Source of the DNA: Thermoplasmata archaeon
GTDB lineage: Archaea > Thermoplasmatota > Thermoplasmata > Lutacidiplasmatales > UBA184
Length of the DNA: 64,000 nucleotides
Assembly (NCBI GenBank): GCA_049584655.1
Contig: JBAUYF010000001.1
Location: forward strand, 7,290 to 71,289
Direction of reading: 5' to 3'
The notes beneath the pieces were generated by a model. The model had not been told where the DNA came from, did no database searches, and saw only the letters and a program-made list of their open reading frames with translations. Each line of letters starts with the position of its first letter. The stretch's first letter is position 1. The position numbers were made by a program, and so were the translations under genes. This document shows, one piece after another, positions 20,105-30,587 of this stretch.

Positions 20105-20335
20105 GTGACCGCTCCAGGTAAGCCGACGGGCGTCGAGCGAACGATCCGGATCCCCGAAGAGGTCGCTCATGACCTCGAGCAGCGCATCGAGGGCAGCGGT
20201 TTTGCTACGGTGGATTCCTTCGTCTCCTTCGTTCTATCGCGGCTCCTCGAGCAGCCGGCGAGCGATACTCCCTTCTCGGAAGAGGAGGAGCGTCAGATCA
20301 AGGAACGGCTACGCTCGCTCGGCTACATCGATTGA
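20105..20335 (+). CDS. Ribbon-helix-helix (CopG-like) small protein
   Basis: RTIRIPEEVAHDLEQRIEGSGFATVDSFVSFVL reads as beta-strand then helix-helix. The acidic linker and the terminal KERLRSLGYID are common in archaeal CopG-like proteins. Confidence 0.45.
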   Translation: MTAPGKPTGVERTIRIPEEVAHDLEQRIEGSGFATVDSFVSFVLSRLLEQPASDTPFSEEEERQIKERLRSLGYID

Positions 20336-20379
20336 AGCGGGTCCGCTAGGCCTAAACGCCTGCAAGCGGTGCATCGTTC

Positions 20380-20652
20380 GTGCTGCGTTGTCCCTTCTGC
20401 GAGGCTCCCGAGACCGACCGCATTGACCTCGAGGGACGGCGATTTCTCGTCTTTCGCTGCATGTTTTCCCCGGAGGTCGATCCTCAATTGACCGACTCGG
20501 AGATTGCCGAGCGGCTAGGTGCGAGCTTCGGTACCGACGGTCGTCCGTACTTCCGCGAGACGTGCGATCGACTGCACGTCTATGTCACCAAGGGCGAGGG
20601 CGCGCGGGTTCTCCTCGGGCCTCGGGACGCGAGCCGCGGGCCGACTTCGTAG
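20380..20652 (+). CDS. Hypothetical small Cys-containing protein
   Basis: 90-aa ORF with a GTG start. It has an N-terminal CPFC plus two further Cys residues (RCMF, ETCD). I recognised no family. Confidence 0.35.
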   Translation: MLRCPFCEAPETDRIDLEGRRFLVFRCMFSPEVDPQLTDSEIAERLGASFGTDGRPYFRETCDRLHVYVTKGEGARVLLGPRDASRGPTS

Positions 20653-20659
20653 AACACCG

Positions 20660-21337
20660 TTATCCGTATCGAACCAGAAACCGCTGCGCCACGATCGCCA
20701 GGATCCAAGTGTACTGGGCGGCCTGGACATTTAGGAAGCTGACGCCAATCGCGGCGACAAAGATCAGGGGGGTCAATCGACCTCGTGTCGTCGTGTAGTG
20801 GATCGTCGCTTCCGGTAGTTCCGGACTGACCAGGCGGTGGTTGGACGTCGCATACGTCCAGATCGCGTTGAGGGTGAGGCCGGTGACCGCCTGGATTGCC
20901 GAGAAGAGAATGACCGCGACCTGGGTTGACTGGTAGTCAGAATAGACCTCAAGGATGAACGGCATCACCGCGATCTCGAGCAGCAATGCGAGATTGAGAT
21001 TCGTCAGCACCGAGTCATAGCGCACGATGTACCGGAACGTTCGATGATGCGCCCGCCACCAGATGGCGATCATCACGAACGCGAACACGTAGGCGAGGAA
21101 TTGGCCGTACTCCCGATTGAGCGCGGCACCAAGGGCCCCCGAGCTTTGCTGCGGATTGAGACCGTTCGTGTTGACGATCGGGACGGTCAGCGTGAGAACG
21201 AGGAGGGTGAGGGCGAAGGCGAAGACCCCGTCGCTCAGCGCGAGAATGCGGCTGAGATCTTCCCCGGGCTCATCCCCGAAGTGCGAGGCTCCATGACGGC
21301 CGCCGGAGCTTGTCTCCTTCTTCTCGTCGGCTTCCAA
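20660..21337 (-). CDS. TMEM175-family (DUF1211) potassium channel
   Basis: Signature RILALSDGVFAFALTLLVL at the start of TM1, followed by about 6 TM helices. Confidence 0.8.
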   Translation of the reverse strand: MEADEKKETSSGGRHGASHFGDEPGEDLSRILALSDGVFAFALTLLVLTLTVPIVNTNGLNPQQSSGALGAALNREYGQFLAYVFAFVMIAIWWRAHHRTFRYIVRYDSVLTNLNLALLLEIAVMPFILEVYSDYQSTQVAVILFSAIQAVTGLTLNAIWTYATSNHRLVSPELPEATIHYTTTRGRLTPLIFVAAIGVSFLNVQAAQYTWILAIVAQRFLVRYG

Positions 21338-21397
21338 TCACGGGGGGAAAGAGCCGGGTCCTATAGTAGTGCGGGTTCGCGCGCTCCCGCGCATCGA

Positions 21398-22282
21398 CTA
21401 CGCGGAGGCGGGAGAGCGGATCTTGGCGAGGGCGGGGTCCGTCGACACGAGATGGCGTGCGAGTCCGAGCTCTTCGGGCGTGGCGCCCAGGGCCAAGCCG
21501 ACTAGTTGCGGCAGGTGAAAGATCGGCATGTCGAGCTTTTCACCCACCTGCCTCGCCGCTTTGTTCTGATAGGCGTCTAGCGAGATATGGCAGAGGGGGC
21601 ACGGTGTCGCCATCGCGTCCGCGCCATGGTCCCGGGCATCAACGATCTGGCGGCCCGCGATACGGCTCGCCGTGGATTCGCGTACGAATTGTATCGGAAA
21701 TCCACAGCACATTACGCGGCCCCGGTAGTAGACGGGGTCGGCCCCGATCGCGGACAAGAGGTCCTCGAAGGAGTGGGGATCCTCGGGACTTTCCCACTTC
21801 AACTCCGCCGCGGGGCGGAGGAGGTGGCATCCGTAGAACGCCCCGACCTTGAGTCCCGAGAGCGGCCGCTTCACTTGGGCGCGGATCGTCGCGACGCCAA
21901 TGTCTTCGACCAGGATTTGCAGCAGATGCTTCACATGGACCGTGCCCCGATACGAGACGCCGATCTGTTGGAGGGCCCCGTCGACCTTGGCACGAACTTC
22001 CGGTTCTTCCAAGCGGCGATTCGCCAACGTGAGCATCCCTTGGCAGGTCGAACAAACCGTCATCAGATCCAGCCCGGCCTTTTCGGCGATCGCGAGGTTC
22101 CGAGCGTTGAGCGCGAGGTTGAGCGTCGAGTTCGCTTCGTCGATGAATCCGGACCCGCAACACGAGAAATTTGGAAAATCGACCAACTCGATCCCGAGCC
22201 GGCGCGCCACCCAGCGTGTGGCCATGTCGAGCTCCTTGCCGGACGCTTGCGCGACGCAACCCGGATAATACGCGATCTTCAT
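21398..22282 (-). CDS. Succinate dehydrogenase/fumarate reductase third subunit, HdrB-like with two CCG domains
   Basis: Starts [17 protein letters not shown], then FSCCGSG and a second YGCHLLRP...CCGFP repeat (CCG motifs). Its ATG overlaps the sdhB stop (ATGA). The rest of the 540-aa frame is an out-of-frame overlap with sdhB. Confidence 0.8.
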   Translation of the reverse strand: MKIAYYPGCVAQASGKELDMATRWVARRLGIELVDFPNFSCCGSGFIDEANSTLNLALNARNLAIAEKAGLDLMTVCSTCQGMLTLANRRLEEPEVRAKVDGALQQIGVSYRGTVHVKHLLQILVEDIGVATIRAQVKRPLSGLKVGAFYGCHLLRPAAELKWESPEDPHSFEDLLSAIGADPVYYRGRVMCCGFPIQFVRESTASRIAGRQIVDARDHGADAMATPCPLCHISLDAYQNKAARQVGEKLDMPIFHLPQLVGLALGATPEELGLARHLVSTDPALAKIRSPASA

Positions 22283-23253
22283 TGTTCGCTCTCGTCCGCG
22301 TCCTCGAGCAATTCGTACAACTTGTCCACTTCCTCTTGTCCCTCGATCTTCGGGGGGGCGTGGAGTATCTCGGGCTTCTTGCGATACACGCGCAGTCCCT
22401 GCGGGATCTGGCCGATCATCTCGATCGGGTTGTACGTTTGACGCACCAGCTTGAATTCGTTCAGGATTCCGCGCTCGCGAATATTCTCCTTGAATCCCAC
22501 GGCGTGCTTCGACCCATGCTCCGTCGCGCCTTGGAGCGCGATCGCCATCTCCTTGAGATCGCGGATCCGCTCGGACGGCCGCACATCCTTCGGACACGCT
22601 TCCGTACAGAGGTGACAACGCAGGCACAGCCATAGCCCTCCGGTCTGGATCCGCAGCAAGCGTTCTTCGTGCCCTCCGTCTCGCGGATCGACCACGAATC
22701 GGTACAACTTCGCGAGGGCCATGGGTCCGGGAAACTCGGAGTCCGCTTCTACGGCCGGACAGGCCGAGTAGCACGCCGCGCACGCAATGCACCGCGGAGT
22801 TTCCTTGAATCGTTCGACTTGAGCGGGGGTCATGGGATTCGCCTCTCCGACCGGCATGGGCTTGGCTGGGTCGGGGATCAGATGTGGCTGGATCTTTCGA
22901 TAGTTTTTCCAGAACGACGCGGTCTCGACTACGAGGTCGCGGAGGACCGGTTGATTTCCCATCGGATCGATCACGATCCGGCCGTGGGCGGCGATCTCCG
23001 GCCCGATCTGGGTCTGACACGCGAGCCGACTCTTCGAATTAATGAGCATCGCACACGACCCGCAGATCGCGCTCCGGCACGAGTAGCGCAACGTCAGCGT
23101 AGGGTCAATGTCCGATCGGATGCGCAGGAGCGCGGTCAACACCGGGGTGTGCGGCGGCAAGTCGAGCGTGTACCGTTGATAGTGCGGCCGAGCATCGCGG
23201 CCGGGGTCGTACCGGAACACGTCGATCGGGGTCGAGACCGTCGCCGTCGCCAT
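22279..23253 (-). CDS. sdhB: Succinate dehydrogenase/fumarate reductase iron-sulfur subunit
   Basis: 2Fe-2S motif [16 protein letters not shown] and ferredoxin-type clusters [12 protein letters not shown] and [12 protein letters not shown]. The start at MATATVSTP overlaps the sdhA stop (TGATG). Confidence 0.9.
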   Translation of the reverse strand: MATATVSTPIDVFRYDPGRDARPHYQRYTLDLPPHTPVLTALLRIRSDIDPTLTLRYSCRSAICGSCAMLINSKSRLACQTQIGPEIAAHGRIVIDPMGNQPVLRDLVVETASFWKNYRKIQPHLIPDPAKPMPVGEANPMTPAQVERFKETPRCIACAACYSACPAVEADSEFPGPMALAKLYRFVVDPRDGGHEERLLRIQTGGLWLCLRCHLCTEACPKDVRPSERIRDLKEMAIALQGATEHGSKHAVGFKENIRERGILNEFKLVRQTYNPIEMIGQIPQGLRVYRKKPEILHAPPKIEGQEEVDKLYELLEDADESEQ

Positions 23254-24926
23254 CAGTAGACGCGCTCCTTGGGGTCCCATCGCGTGTAGGCAACGGGAGC
23301 GTACGACAGCTGCGGTCCGGACGGCGACCGCGCCGCGAGCGTGTGCTTCATCCAATTCCGGTCATCGCGCTTCGGGAAGTCGATACGGCTGTGGGCGCCG
23401 CGACTTTCAGTTCGCGCAATAGCGCCCACGGTAATGACCTCCGCCAACTCCAACATGTGTCCGGTTTCCAACGCATCGGTCAAGTTGAGATTATAGACCT
23501 TCGATTGATCGATCACGCGAACGTTTTCAAAGCGCCGTTTCAGGTCGCGGATCTGAGTCAACGCTTGCGTGAGCTCGCTGGGCTGTCGATATATTCCGAC
23601 CAGCCGATCCATCGTGGCCTGCATCTCCATGCGCAAGTGCTGGGGCTCCTCGCCCTCGGCCCGGTCGCTCATCTTGCGCAAGAGTTGCGTCTCGGATTCC
23701 AAGTCGGTCTCGTGGAGGACCGGCTCGGGTGCCGACGTAGCGTACGCGGCGGCAGCGATACCCGCCTGCTTTCCGAACACGAGGGTTTCCAAGAGCGAGT
23801 TTCCGCCCAAACGATTGGCCCCGTGAATCGAAACACATGCGGCTTCCCCGGCCGAAAAGATACCGGGAACGTTGGTCGCCCCGTGAATGTCCGTGCTGAC
23901 TCCGCCCATCATGTAGTGCTGCGCCGGCATCACCGGGATCGGTTCGGTAACGGGATCGATCCCCGCGAAAAGACGGCAGAAGTCACAGATCTCTTGGAGC
24001 CGGCTCTCGATCCGCTCACGACCGAGGTGCATCAACTCGAGGTGCACATAGCCGCCCGGGAATCCGCGCCCTTCATTCACTTCGGTGATAATCGCTCGTG
24101 ATACGACATCGCGGGACGCCAATTCCAGGACGTGCGGGGCGTACCGCGCCATGAATCGCTCGCCTTGCCCGTTCTTGAGAATCCCCCCTTCTCCCCGCGC
24201 GCCTTCTGTAATCAGAATACCAGACTCGAGCAACGCGGTCGGATGAAATTGTACGAACTCCATATCTTTGAGGATCGCGCCCGCTTGGTATGCGGCGGCG
24301 ATACCGTCCCCCGTGCAGCTGTGGGCGTTCGTGGTGCGCCCGTACACCCGACCCGCCGGACCGGTCGCAATGATCACGCTCTTCGCGGCAATCTCTTCAA
24401 AGTCGCCGTGCCGTCGATCAAACGCCACGATTCCCTGAACTCGTCCGTCCCGGACGACGAGGTTCGTTAGATCCCACTCTTCATAGAGTCGGAACTCCGA
24501 GGTTTCCAAGTGCTCCCAGAGGGCCTGCAAGAGGGCCAGCCCGGTGCGATCGGCGGCGTAGATCGTGCGGGGGAAGCCGGCACCGCCGAACGGTCTACGG
24601 GCGAGCGCGCCGTCGTCGGCACGACTGAAAATTGTTCCGAAATGTTCCATCTCGACGACGGTCGGTCCCGCCTCGCGACAGAAGAACTCGATCGCGTCCT
24701 GGTCTCCGAGATAGTCCGAACCCTTGACCGTGTCGTAGATGTGCGTATCGACGGAGTCCTCCTTACCGACCGCGGCATTGATACCTCCCTGCGCCGCCCC
24801 CGAATGCGACCTCAGAGGATGGAGCTTCGACACCAGAGCAACATCGCACCCCGCCTGAACTGCGGCGAGCGCGGCACGTTGGCCGGCAAGTCCCGCACCA
24901 ACGACGACCACGTCGTGCCGCTGCAT
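23253..24926 (-). CDS. sdhA: Succinate dehydrogenase/fumarate reductase flavoprotein subunit
   Basis: FAD-binding motif [11 protein letters not shown], covalent-FAD region [18 protein letters not shown], and [13 protein letters not shown]. Confidence 0.95.
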   Translation of the reverse strand: MQRHDVVVVGAGLAGQRAALAAVQAGCDVALVSKLHPLRSHSGAAQGGINAAVGKEDSVDTHIYDTVKGSDYLGDQDAIEFFCREAGPTVVEMEHFGTIFSRADDGALARRPFGGAGFPRTIYAADRTGLALLQALWEHLETSEFRLYEEWDLTNLVVRDGRVQGIVAFDRRHGDFEEIAAKSVIIATGPAGRVYGRTTNAHSCTGDGIAAAYQAGAILKDMEFVQFHPTALLESGILITEGARGEGGILKNGQGERFMARYAPHVLELASRDVVSRAIITEVNEGRGFPGGYVHLELMHLGRERIESRLQEICDFCRLFAGIDPVTEPIPVMPAQHYMMGGVSTDIHGATNVPGIFSAGEAACVSIHGANRLGGNSLLETLVFGKQAGIAAAAYATSAPEPVLHETDLESETQLLRKMSDRAEGEEPQHLRMEMQATMDRLVGIYRQPSELTQALTQIRDLKRRFENVRVIDQSKVYNLNLTDALETGHMLELAEVITVGAIARTESRGAHSRIDFPKRDDRNWMKHTLAARSPSGPQLSYAPVAYTRWDPKERVY

Positions 24927-25124
24927 GAAAACTCGATGCGCCGGAAATCGGGTCAGTCTTTAACCTCGACGGACGCCGGTCGCTGTCCGCAATCGACTTG
25001 GAGAACTTATCGACGTCAGTGTGGATGGCCGGCCCGCGCGCGAGTCAATTACGCCGGGCGGGCCCGTCGAAATCGCGCGCCTTTCACGCTCGCTAGTGAA
25101 GGCGACGTAATATCTCGAGGAGCG

Positions 25125-25132
25125 CTTATATA
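25125..25132 (+). promoter_or_regulatory. TATA-like box (CTTATATA) upstream of psmB
   Basis: An AT-rich octamer in otherwise GC-rich intergenic DNA, about 50 nt upstream of the psmB ATG. Confidence 0.35.
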
Positions 25133-25177
25133 GAGAGCTCGGGTCCACCGCGCCGTCTTCCTACCTTAGGTGGGGCC

Positions 25178-25855
25178 ATGATGCAAAAAACTGTCATTCC
25201 CGCGGATGAAGAGCGGCTCCTGAAAGGGACAACCACAATCGGCATCGTTTGCAAGGACGGCGTCGTGCTCGCGACCGAGCGACGTGCGACCGCCGGCACA
25301 ATGATTGCCAACAAACAGACGCAGAAGTTGTTCCGTATCGATAGCAATCTTGGCATGACCATCGCCGGCTATGTCGGCGACGCCCAGGTGCTGGCTCGCT
25401 ACCTTCGCGCGGAAGTGTCCTTGTATCGGCTGCGGCGCAACGCGCCACTCTCGATCGAGGGGGCGGCCACTCTTTTGGCGAACATTCTCAACGGTAGCCG
25501 TATGTTCCCCTATCTGGCTTGGATGATTGTCGGCGGCACTGATTCGAAGGGTGGCCACGTATTCTCAGTTGATCCTGGTGGGGGCTCCATCGAGGACCGA
25601 TACGTTTCGGTTGGCAGCGGCTCGACGTTCGCCTACGGCGTTCTAGAAGAAACCTACTCGCGCGATCTCTCCGTATCGGATGGGGTCGATATCGCGCTCC
25701 GCGGACTCACGGTTGCAATGAAGCGGGACTCGGCGAGCGGAGATGGGTACCTCGTTAACACAATCACCGCGAAGGAGTACAAGGAGTACTCCGAGGACGA
25801 AATTAATAAACGCCTGAAGGCGCTTAAGATTCCCTTGCCACCCGTATTACCGTAG
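25178..25855 (+). CDS. psmB: Proteasome subunit beta
   Basis: Propeptide followed by the catalytic Thr: LLKG|TTTIGIVCKDGVVLATERR. Confidence 0.95.
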   Translation: MMQKTVIPADEERLLKGTTTIGIVCKDGVVLATERRATAGTMIANKQTQKLFRIDSNLGMTIAGYVGDAQVLARYLRAEVSLYRLRRNAPLSIEGAATLLANILNGSRMFPYLAWMIVGGTDSKGGHVFSVDPGGGSIEDRYVSVGSGSTFAYGVLEETYSRDLSVSDGVDIALRGLTVAMKRDSASGDGYLVNTITAKEYKEYSEDEINKRLKALKIPLPPVLP

Positions 25856-25911
25856 TATCCTACCGACTCCGGGCGAACCCTTTCCGCGCGCCAACCACTT
25901 CTGATTGAACG

Positions 25912-27816
25912 ATGAGTTTCGACTCGCTCATAGAGCAAACGAAAGAGGCATTACGTGAAGTGCTCCCCGAGGGCATCGAGGTCACGGACATCGAGCTCGA
26001 GGGACCCCATATTGTCCTCTATACCAAGCAACTCGATTCCTTCCTCTCCGGCGGCGATCTGCTTCGACAGGTGGCGCAGCGATTGCGCCGGCGGGTGCTC
26101 GTGCGGAGCGATCCGGAGACGCTGATCGATCCCAAAGAAGCGGAAGGAGCGATCCGCGAACTCATTCCCGCCGAAGCCGAAATCACGCAACTGTACTTTG
26201 AACCTGAAACCGGGGAAGTCACGATCGAAGCGTCGAACCCGGGCGCGGCGATCGGTCGGGGCGGATCGGTCCTCAACGACCTCAAGCGTCGAATCGGATG
26301 GGTCCCGACCGTCGTCCGGACCCCGCCTATTCCGTCGAAGACCGTCGAGGAAGTTCGGATCCATCTTCGGAACGAATTCGACACTCGACGCTCCTTCCTC
26401 AAGAAAGTCGGCGTACGGATCGCGCGGGACCGGCTCCCCGAAAAGATCTGGGCGCGGAACACCGCGCTCGGTGGGTATCGGGAAGTGGGGCGCAGCGCTC
26501 ACTTGCTGGGGACACAGAACTCCAAAGTGCTCATCGACTGCGGGATCGATCCTGGCTCGGATCGGACCCCGTTCTTCAACGCCCCCGAACTCCTCCCGCT
26601 CGATTCGCTCGATGCGGTGGTCGTCACCCACGCACACCTCGATCACTGCGGATTGATCCCCGTACTGCTGAAGTACGGCTACCACGGGCCGATCTATTGC
26701 ACGGCGCCGACGCGCGATCTGATGACGCTGATGTTGCTCGATGCGATCAAGGTCGTGAATCAAGAGGCACGCAAGGGACTCTACGACTCGTCGCACGTCC
26801 GAGAGTTGGTGACTCGAACGATCCCCTTACGATGGGGAGAGACCACCGATATTGCGCCCGACATTCGGCTGACCATGCACAACGCCGGCCACATCTTGGG
26901 CTCCTCGATCTGCCACTTCCACCTAGGTGATGGTGACCACAATCTCGCCTACAGCGGGGATATCAAGTTCGAACGCAGTTGGCTCTTCAATCCCGCGACA
27001 AATCGATTCCCTCGGCTCGAGACGCTGGTGCTCGAATCCACCTACGGAGGCTACCGAGACATTCAACCGAGCCGGCAGCAAGCGACGGAGGATTTCTCAC
27101 ATCTGGCGACTACGATCCTCGGACGCGGGGGCAAGCTCATCGTACCGGTTTTCGCCGTAGGTCGGTCTCAGGAAGTGATGCTGGTGCTCGAGGAGAAGAT
27201 GCGAGAGGGCAAGATCCCGCGTGTCCCCGTGTATCTGGACGGGATGATCTTCGAGGCGACGGCGATCCATACCGCGTACCCTGAGTTCCTGAACAGTCAG
27301 CTACGTACCCAGATCTTCCAACAGGGTGACAATCCATTCCTGTCGGACATCTTCCGCCGCGTCGATTCGGGTCAGATGCGGAACAACATTCTCGATACCA
27401 AAGAGTCGTGCATCATCCTCGCCACGTCGGGGATGATGAGCGGCGGTCCCGTCATGGAATATTTCCGCGCGTGGGCTCCGGAGGAAAAGAATGGGATCCT
27501 CTTCGTTGGGTACCAGGCCGAAGGAACGTTCGGACGCCGGCTCCAACGGGGACTTTCGGAAGCCAGTTTCATGGATGGTTCGCGCCAGCAGAACGTGCCG
27601 GTCCGACTGGAAGTGGCCACGATCGAGGGATTTTCGGGTCACTCGGACCGGGTCCAGTTGATGAATTATGTCGCGACGCTCGACCCGCGCCCGCAGCGCA
27701 TCTTGTTGAACCACGGGGAAGAGTCGAAGGCGGTCGATCTCTCGACCAGCCTCCACAAACGATTCAATTTGGAGAGCCGCGCCCCGTACAACTTGGAAGC
27801 GGTCCGCCTTCTCTGA
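25912..27816 (+). CDS. aCPSF1: KH-domain / metallo-beta-lactamase / beta-CASP ribonuclease
   Basis: 634 aa with N-terminal KH-like domains (GAAIGRGGSVLNDLK), the MBL motif VVTHAHLDHCG, and beta-CASP plus C-terminal motifs (GFSGHSD, LNHGE). Confidence 0.93.
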   Translation: MSFDSLIEQTKEALREVLPEGIEVTDIELEGPHIVLYTKQLDSFLSGGDLLRQVAQRLRRRVLVRSDPETLIDPKEAEGAIRELIPAEAEITQLYFEPETGEVTIEASNPGAAIGRGGSVLNDLKRRIGWVPTVVRTPPIPSKTVEEVRIHLRNEFDTRRSFLKKVGVRIARDRLPEKIWARNTALGGYREVGRSAHLLGTQNSKVLIDCGIDPGSDRTPFFNAPELLPLDSLDAVVVTHAHLDHCGLIPVLLKYGYHGPIYCTAPTRDLMTLMLLDAIKVVNQEARKGLYDSSHVRELVTRTIPLRWGETTDIAPDIRLTMHNAGHILGSSICHFHLGDGDHNLAYSGDIKFERSWLFNPATNRFPRLETLVLESTYGGYRDIQPSRQQATEDFSHLATTILGRGGKLIVPVFAVGRSQEVMLVLEEKMREGKIPRVPVYLDGMIFEATAIHTAYPEFLNSQLRTQIFQQGDNPFLSDIFRRVDSGQMRNNILDTKESCIILATSGMMSGGPVMEYFRAWAPEEKNGILFVGYQAEGTFGRRLQRGLSEASFMDGSRQQNVPVRLEVATIEGFSGHSDRVQLMNYVATLDPRPQRILLNHGEESKAVDLSTSLHKRFNLESRAPYNLEAVRLL

Positions 27817-27868
27817 CCCCCCCCGCGGGACCGAGTCGCGGCCGGCCTCACGCGGGTTAGACAAACCC

Positions 27869-27875
27869 ATTTATA
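27869..27875 (+). promoter_or_regulatory. TATA-like box (ATTTATA)
   Basis: AT-rich heptamer about 33 nt upstream of the GTG at 27905. Confidence 0.3.
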
Positions 27876-27904
27876 CGAAGGGACGGCTGATTCGGACGTC
27901 TGGT

Positions 27905-29428
27905 GTGGACCGGACATTCCAAATGTCTTCTGCACGCCGCCGGTTTCTCGTAATCGGACTTGATGGGGGAACCTTCGACCTGCTCGACCCGCTCATGCAG
28001 GCCGGAGAGCTTCCCTTCCTCCGCTCACTCACGGAGCGGGGGGTTCGGGCGCCCCTCGAGTCGGTTTACCCCCCCAAGACCATCCCGGCGTGGTACTCCT
28101 TCGCGACCGGGCAGGACCCCGGCGGGCTCGGGATCTTCGGATTCACGCAGCCCGATGAAGTGCCAGGTAAGAGCAAGCTCGTACAGACCTTCCGGCCCCA
28201 TGAGGCGATCTGGGACTGCCTCTCTCGAAACGGGGTACGCGTCGGGGTGCTCAACTTCCCACTCCACAGTGGCTACCCGCTCAACGGATTCGTTATCCCC
28301 GGCATGCTCAACGAAGACCCCGTCAGCTACCCCACGCAGCTGAAGGGGGAGCTCGAGGCGGAGCTGGGAGCTCCTTACCCCAATGAACTTCCCCCGTACC
28401 GTACGTTCGAGCGTGCGGGCTGGATGGAGCTCGCGACCCGAGATGTCGCCCATCGAGGTCGCGCCGCCGCGATCCTCGCGGAACGGGAGCGCCCCGAATT
28501 CCTCTTCGTACTGTTCCGCGAGACCGATCGGGTCGAGCACCAGCATTGGGGCGAGCTTTCCCGGCCCGTCGACGAGATCCCGACCGACTTGCGACAGTTC
28601 TGGCGAACCGTGGACTCAGCCTGTCATGCGATAGACACCGCCTTCCGAGCCGGTGGGTCGCCCGCCCTGACACTCGTCGTTTCCGACCATGGCCACGGAC
28701 GCGCTGAGTCCGACTTCTTCACCAATCGCTGGCTCGCCGCCAATGGATTCCTACGATTCCGAAACCAGCGCGAGAGCCTCCGACGTCAATCCCTTTCCCG
28801 ACTCGCTTTCGTTCTGCAACGGTTCCCCAGCGTCGAGAAGTTGATCGAACCAATCGCGGACATTCTCCGGGGGGGTCCGGTTCGCGAGAAGTTCGGCTCG
28901 TACATTACCGGCGCCTCGAGCTTCGAAGCGGTGGCCGAGCGGATCGACTGGGAGCGGACGCTGGCGTATTCGTACCCGGTCCCGGAAGGGATCTATCTCA
29001 ATCTGCGCAACCCGTCGCTCACCCCAGAACGGGCGGCGGAGGTCCTCCAAGAGATCCGCGGGAAGCTCGAGGCCTATCCGGATGCGCACATCGAGGTGCT
29101 CGATCCCCAGCGCATCTACCAGGGAAAGAACCTCGTGCACGCCCCTTCCCTCTTCGTCAAGATCGATGGGCTCCGCACCGATCCGCGCATGGATTTCAGC
29201 TACCCGCAACCGCTTTTGCGGGAACGGCCTACGTTCTTCTATGGGACGGGAACGCATCGCATGCTCGGAATCCTGATCGCGGCGGGAGATGGGGTTCTTC
29301 CCCAACGCTTGAGCGAGCCCCTTTCGTTACTCGACGTCGCTCCAACCGTATTGGAAGGAATGGGCGTCTCGGTTCCGAAGCGTATGTCGGGCCGGTCGTT
29401 CGCGCGACGGATCGGCAGCGCCACCTAG
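27905..29428 (+). CDS. Alkaline-phosphatase-superfamily protein (type I phosphodiesterase/nucleotide pyrophosphatase-like)
   Basis: RRFLVIGLDGGTFDLL...PPKTIPAWYSFATGQDPG...VVSDHGH is typical of the PF01663-like AlkP core. The start could instead be the ATG at 27923. Confidence 0.7.
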   Translation: MDRTFQMSSARRRFLVIGLDGGTFDLLDPLMQAGELPFLRSLTERGVRAPLESVYPPKTIPAWYSFATGQDPGGLGIFGFTQPDEVPGKSKLVQTFRPHEAIWDCLSRNGVRVGVLNFPLHSGYPLNGFVIPGMLNEDPVSYPTQLKGELEAELGAPYPNELPPYRTFERAGWMELATRDVAHRGRAAAILAERERPEFLFVLFRETDRVEHQHWGELSRPVDEIPTDLRQFWRTVDSACHAIDTAFRAGGSPALTLVVSDHGHGRAESDFFTNRWLAANGFLRFRNQRESLRRQSLSRLAFVLQRFPSVEKLIEPIADILRGGPVREKFGSYITGASSFEAVAERIDWERTLAYSYPVPEGIYLNLRNPSLTPERAAEVLQEIRGKLEAYPDAHIEVLDPQRIYQGKNLVHAPSLFVKIDGLRTDPRMDFSYPQPLLRERPTFFYGTGTHRMLGILIAAGDGVLPQRLSEPLSLLDVAPTVLEGMGVSVPKRMSGRSFARRIGSAT

Positions 29429-29440
29429 GGCGGCTCCTGG

Positions 29441-30586
29441 ATGGCCCCCTGGACCATCGATCTGCTCACTTCCGGTCCGCCGACCGACGAGCTCTTCGAC
29501 CCCGCATTTATCGCGTGGGAGCTACTTCGTACCCTAGGGGAGCGCGGCCACCAGGTTCGGGGGTTCTATCCGGATCCCTTAACGGGAAATCCGCCCCCGG
29601 CGCCGCCCGGCGTTGTGGCGGTTCCCGTTCCTTCCCATCCGTCCGACCGCGGAGATGTCGAGGCGTATCTCCGCAACGCCCGTGAATTACGTACGCCGAA
29701 TGCGGATGTCTTGGTACGCCTCCCCTTAGGCGCGGGAGGATCGATCGTCGTCCCGCGCGCACCCCACTCTCCAAAGGTCGCTTCCTTCATCCGAGAGCTC
29801 GCAATTGACGGGGGGACGGCGCGGGCGACCCCCCCCACGGGATTCTTTGGGCGACTCGGTCAGTGGCGCGACCGGCGCGCGGTGCGTCGGCGTGAGGGCG
29901 CCGCGATTCGAGAGTCTGACCTGCTCATCGTTCGTCAGAAGGAATTGGGAGACCGCATTGGCACGGTGTACGGGATCGAGCGACCCAAGCTGGCCTTCCT
30001 CCTCGATCCCGTCGCGGCCCCCATGCTCTCCGACACACGGCCGATGACCCGTCAGCATCTGCGCATTCCTCTCGACGTGCCGGTCGTGGCGTACGCCCCC
30101 GGAGCCGGACCGAACGGCGCGGCGGACCTCGACCTCGCCTTGGAAGCGTTCCGGCGGATTCGGGTCTTCTTTCCCGGCGCCCGATTCGTCGGCGTGGGCG
30201 TCCCGGTCCATACGGACCCGGGAGTCCTCATTCTCCCCGACCGCGACCGGAATTCGGTCGACACCGCGTTCGTAGCCGCCGACGTGGTACTCGTACCGCG
30301 CACCGCGGACGCGGAAGACCCGATCCCGCTCTATGCGTTACGGCACGGAAAAGCCGCGATCGTCGGGGATGGCGCGTCCGTAGGAGCGTCGAGCCGTACC
30401 AAAGTCGTCCGCATCGTTCGGTCGCTCGACCCCGGCGATGTCGCCTCGGATCTCGCCGAGCTTTTGGCAGATCCTGCCCTTCGGAGGACCCTGGGCGAAG
30501 CGGCGCAAAAGTTCGTGGCGCCGCGTACCTATCCGAGAACAGCCGAGCGACTCGAGGAGCTGCTCGGCCCCATTGTGGGTCGTTGA
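29441..30586 (+). CDS. Glycosyltransferase, GT-B fold (GT4/GT1-like)
   Basis: The C-terminal half has the GT-B donor-binding pattern (…ADVVLVPRTADAEDPIPLYALRHGKAAIV…). The N-terminal half is divergent. Confidence 0.55.
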   Translation: MAPWTIDLLTSGPPTDELFDPAFIAWELLRTLGERGHQVRGFYPDPLTGNPPPAPPGVVAVPVPSHPSDRGDVEAYLRNARELRTPNADVLVRLPLGAGGSIVVPRAPHSPKVASFIRELAIDGGTARATPPTGFFGRLGQWRDRRAVRRREGAAIRESDLLIVRQKELGDRIGTVYGIERPKLAFLLDPVAAPMLSDTRPMTRQHLRIPLDVPVVAYAPGAGPNGAADLDLALEAFRRIRVFFPGARFVGVGVPVHTDPGVLILPDRDRNSVDTAFVAADVVLVPRTADAEDPIPLYALRHGKAAIVGDGASVGASSRTKVVRIVRSLDPGDVASDLAELLADPALRRTLGEAAQKFVAPRTYPRTAERLEELLGPIVGR

Positions 30587-30587
30587 A

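Noticed and set aside
22283-23020. N-terminal 246 codons of the 540-aa ORF 21398-23020
   Set aside because: This portion overlaps sdhB out of frame and is R/P/S/G-rich. The real gene starts at MKIAYYPGC (22282), with an ATGA overlap to sdhB.
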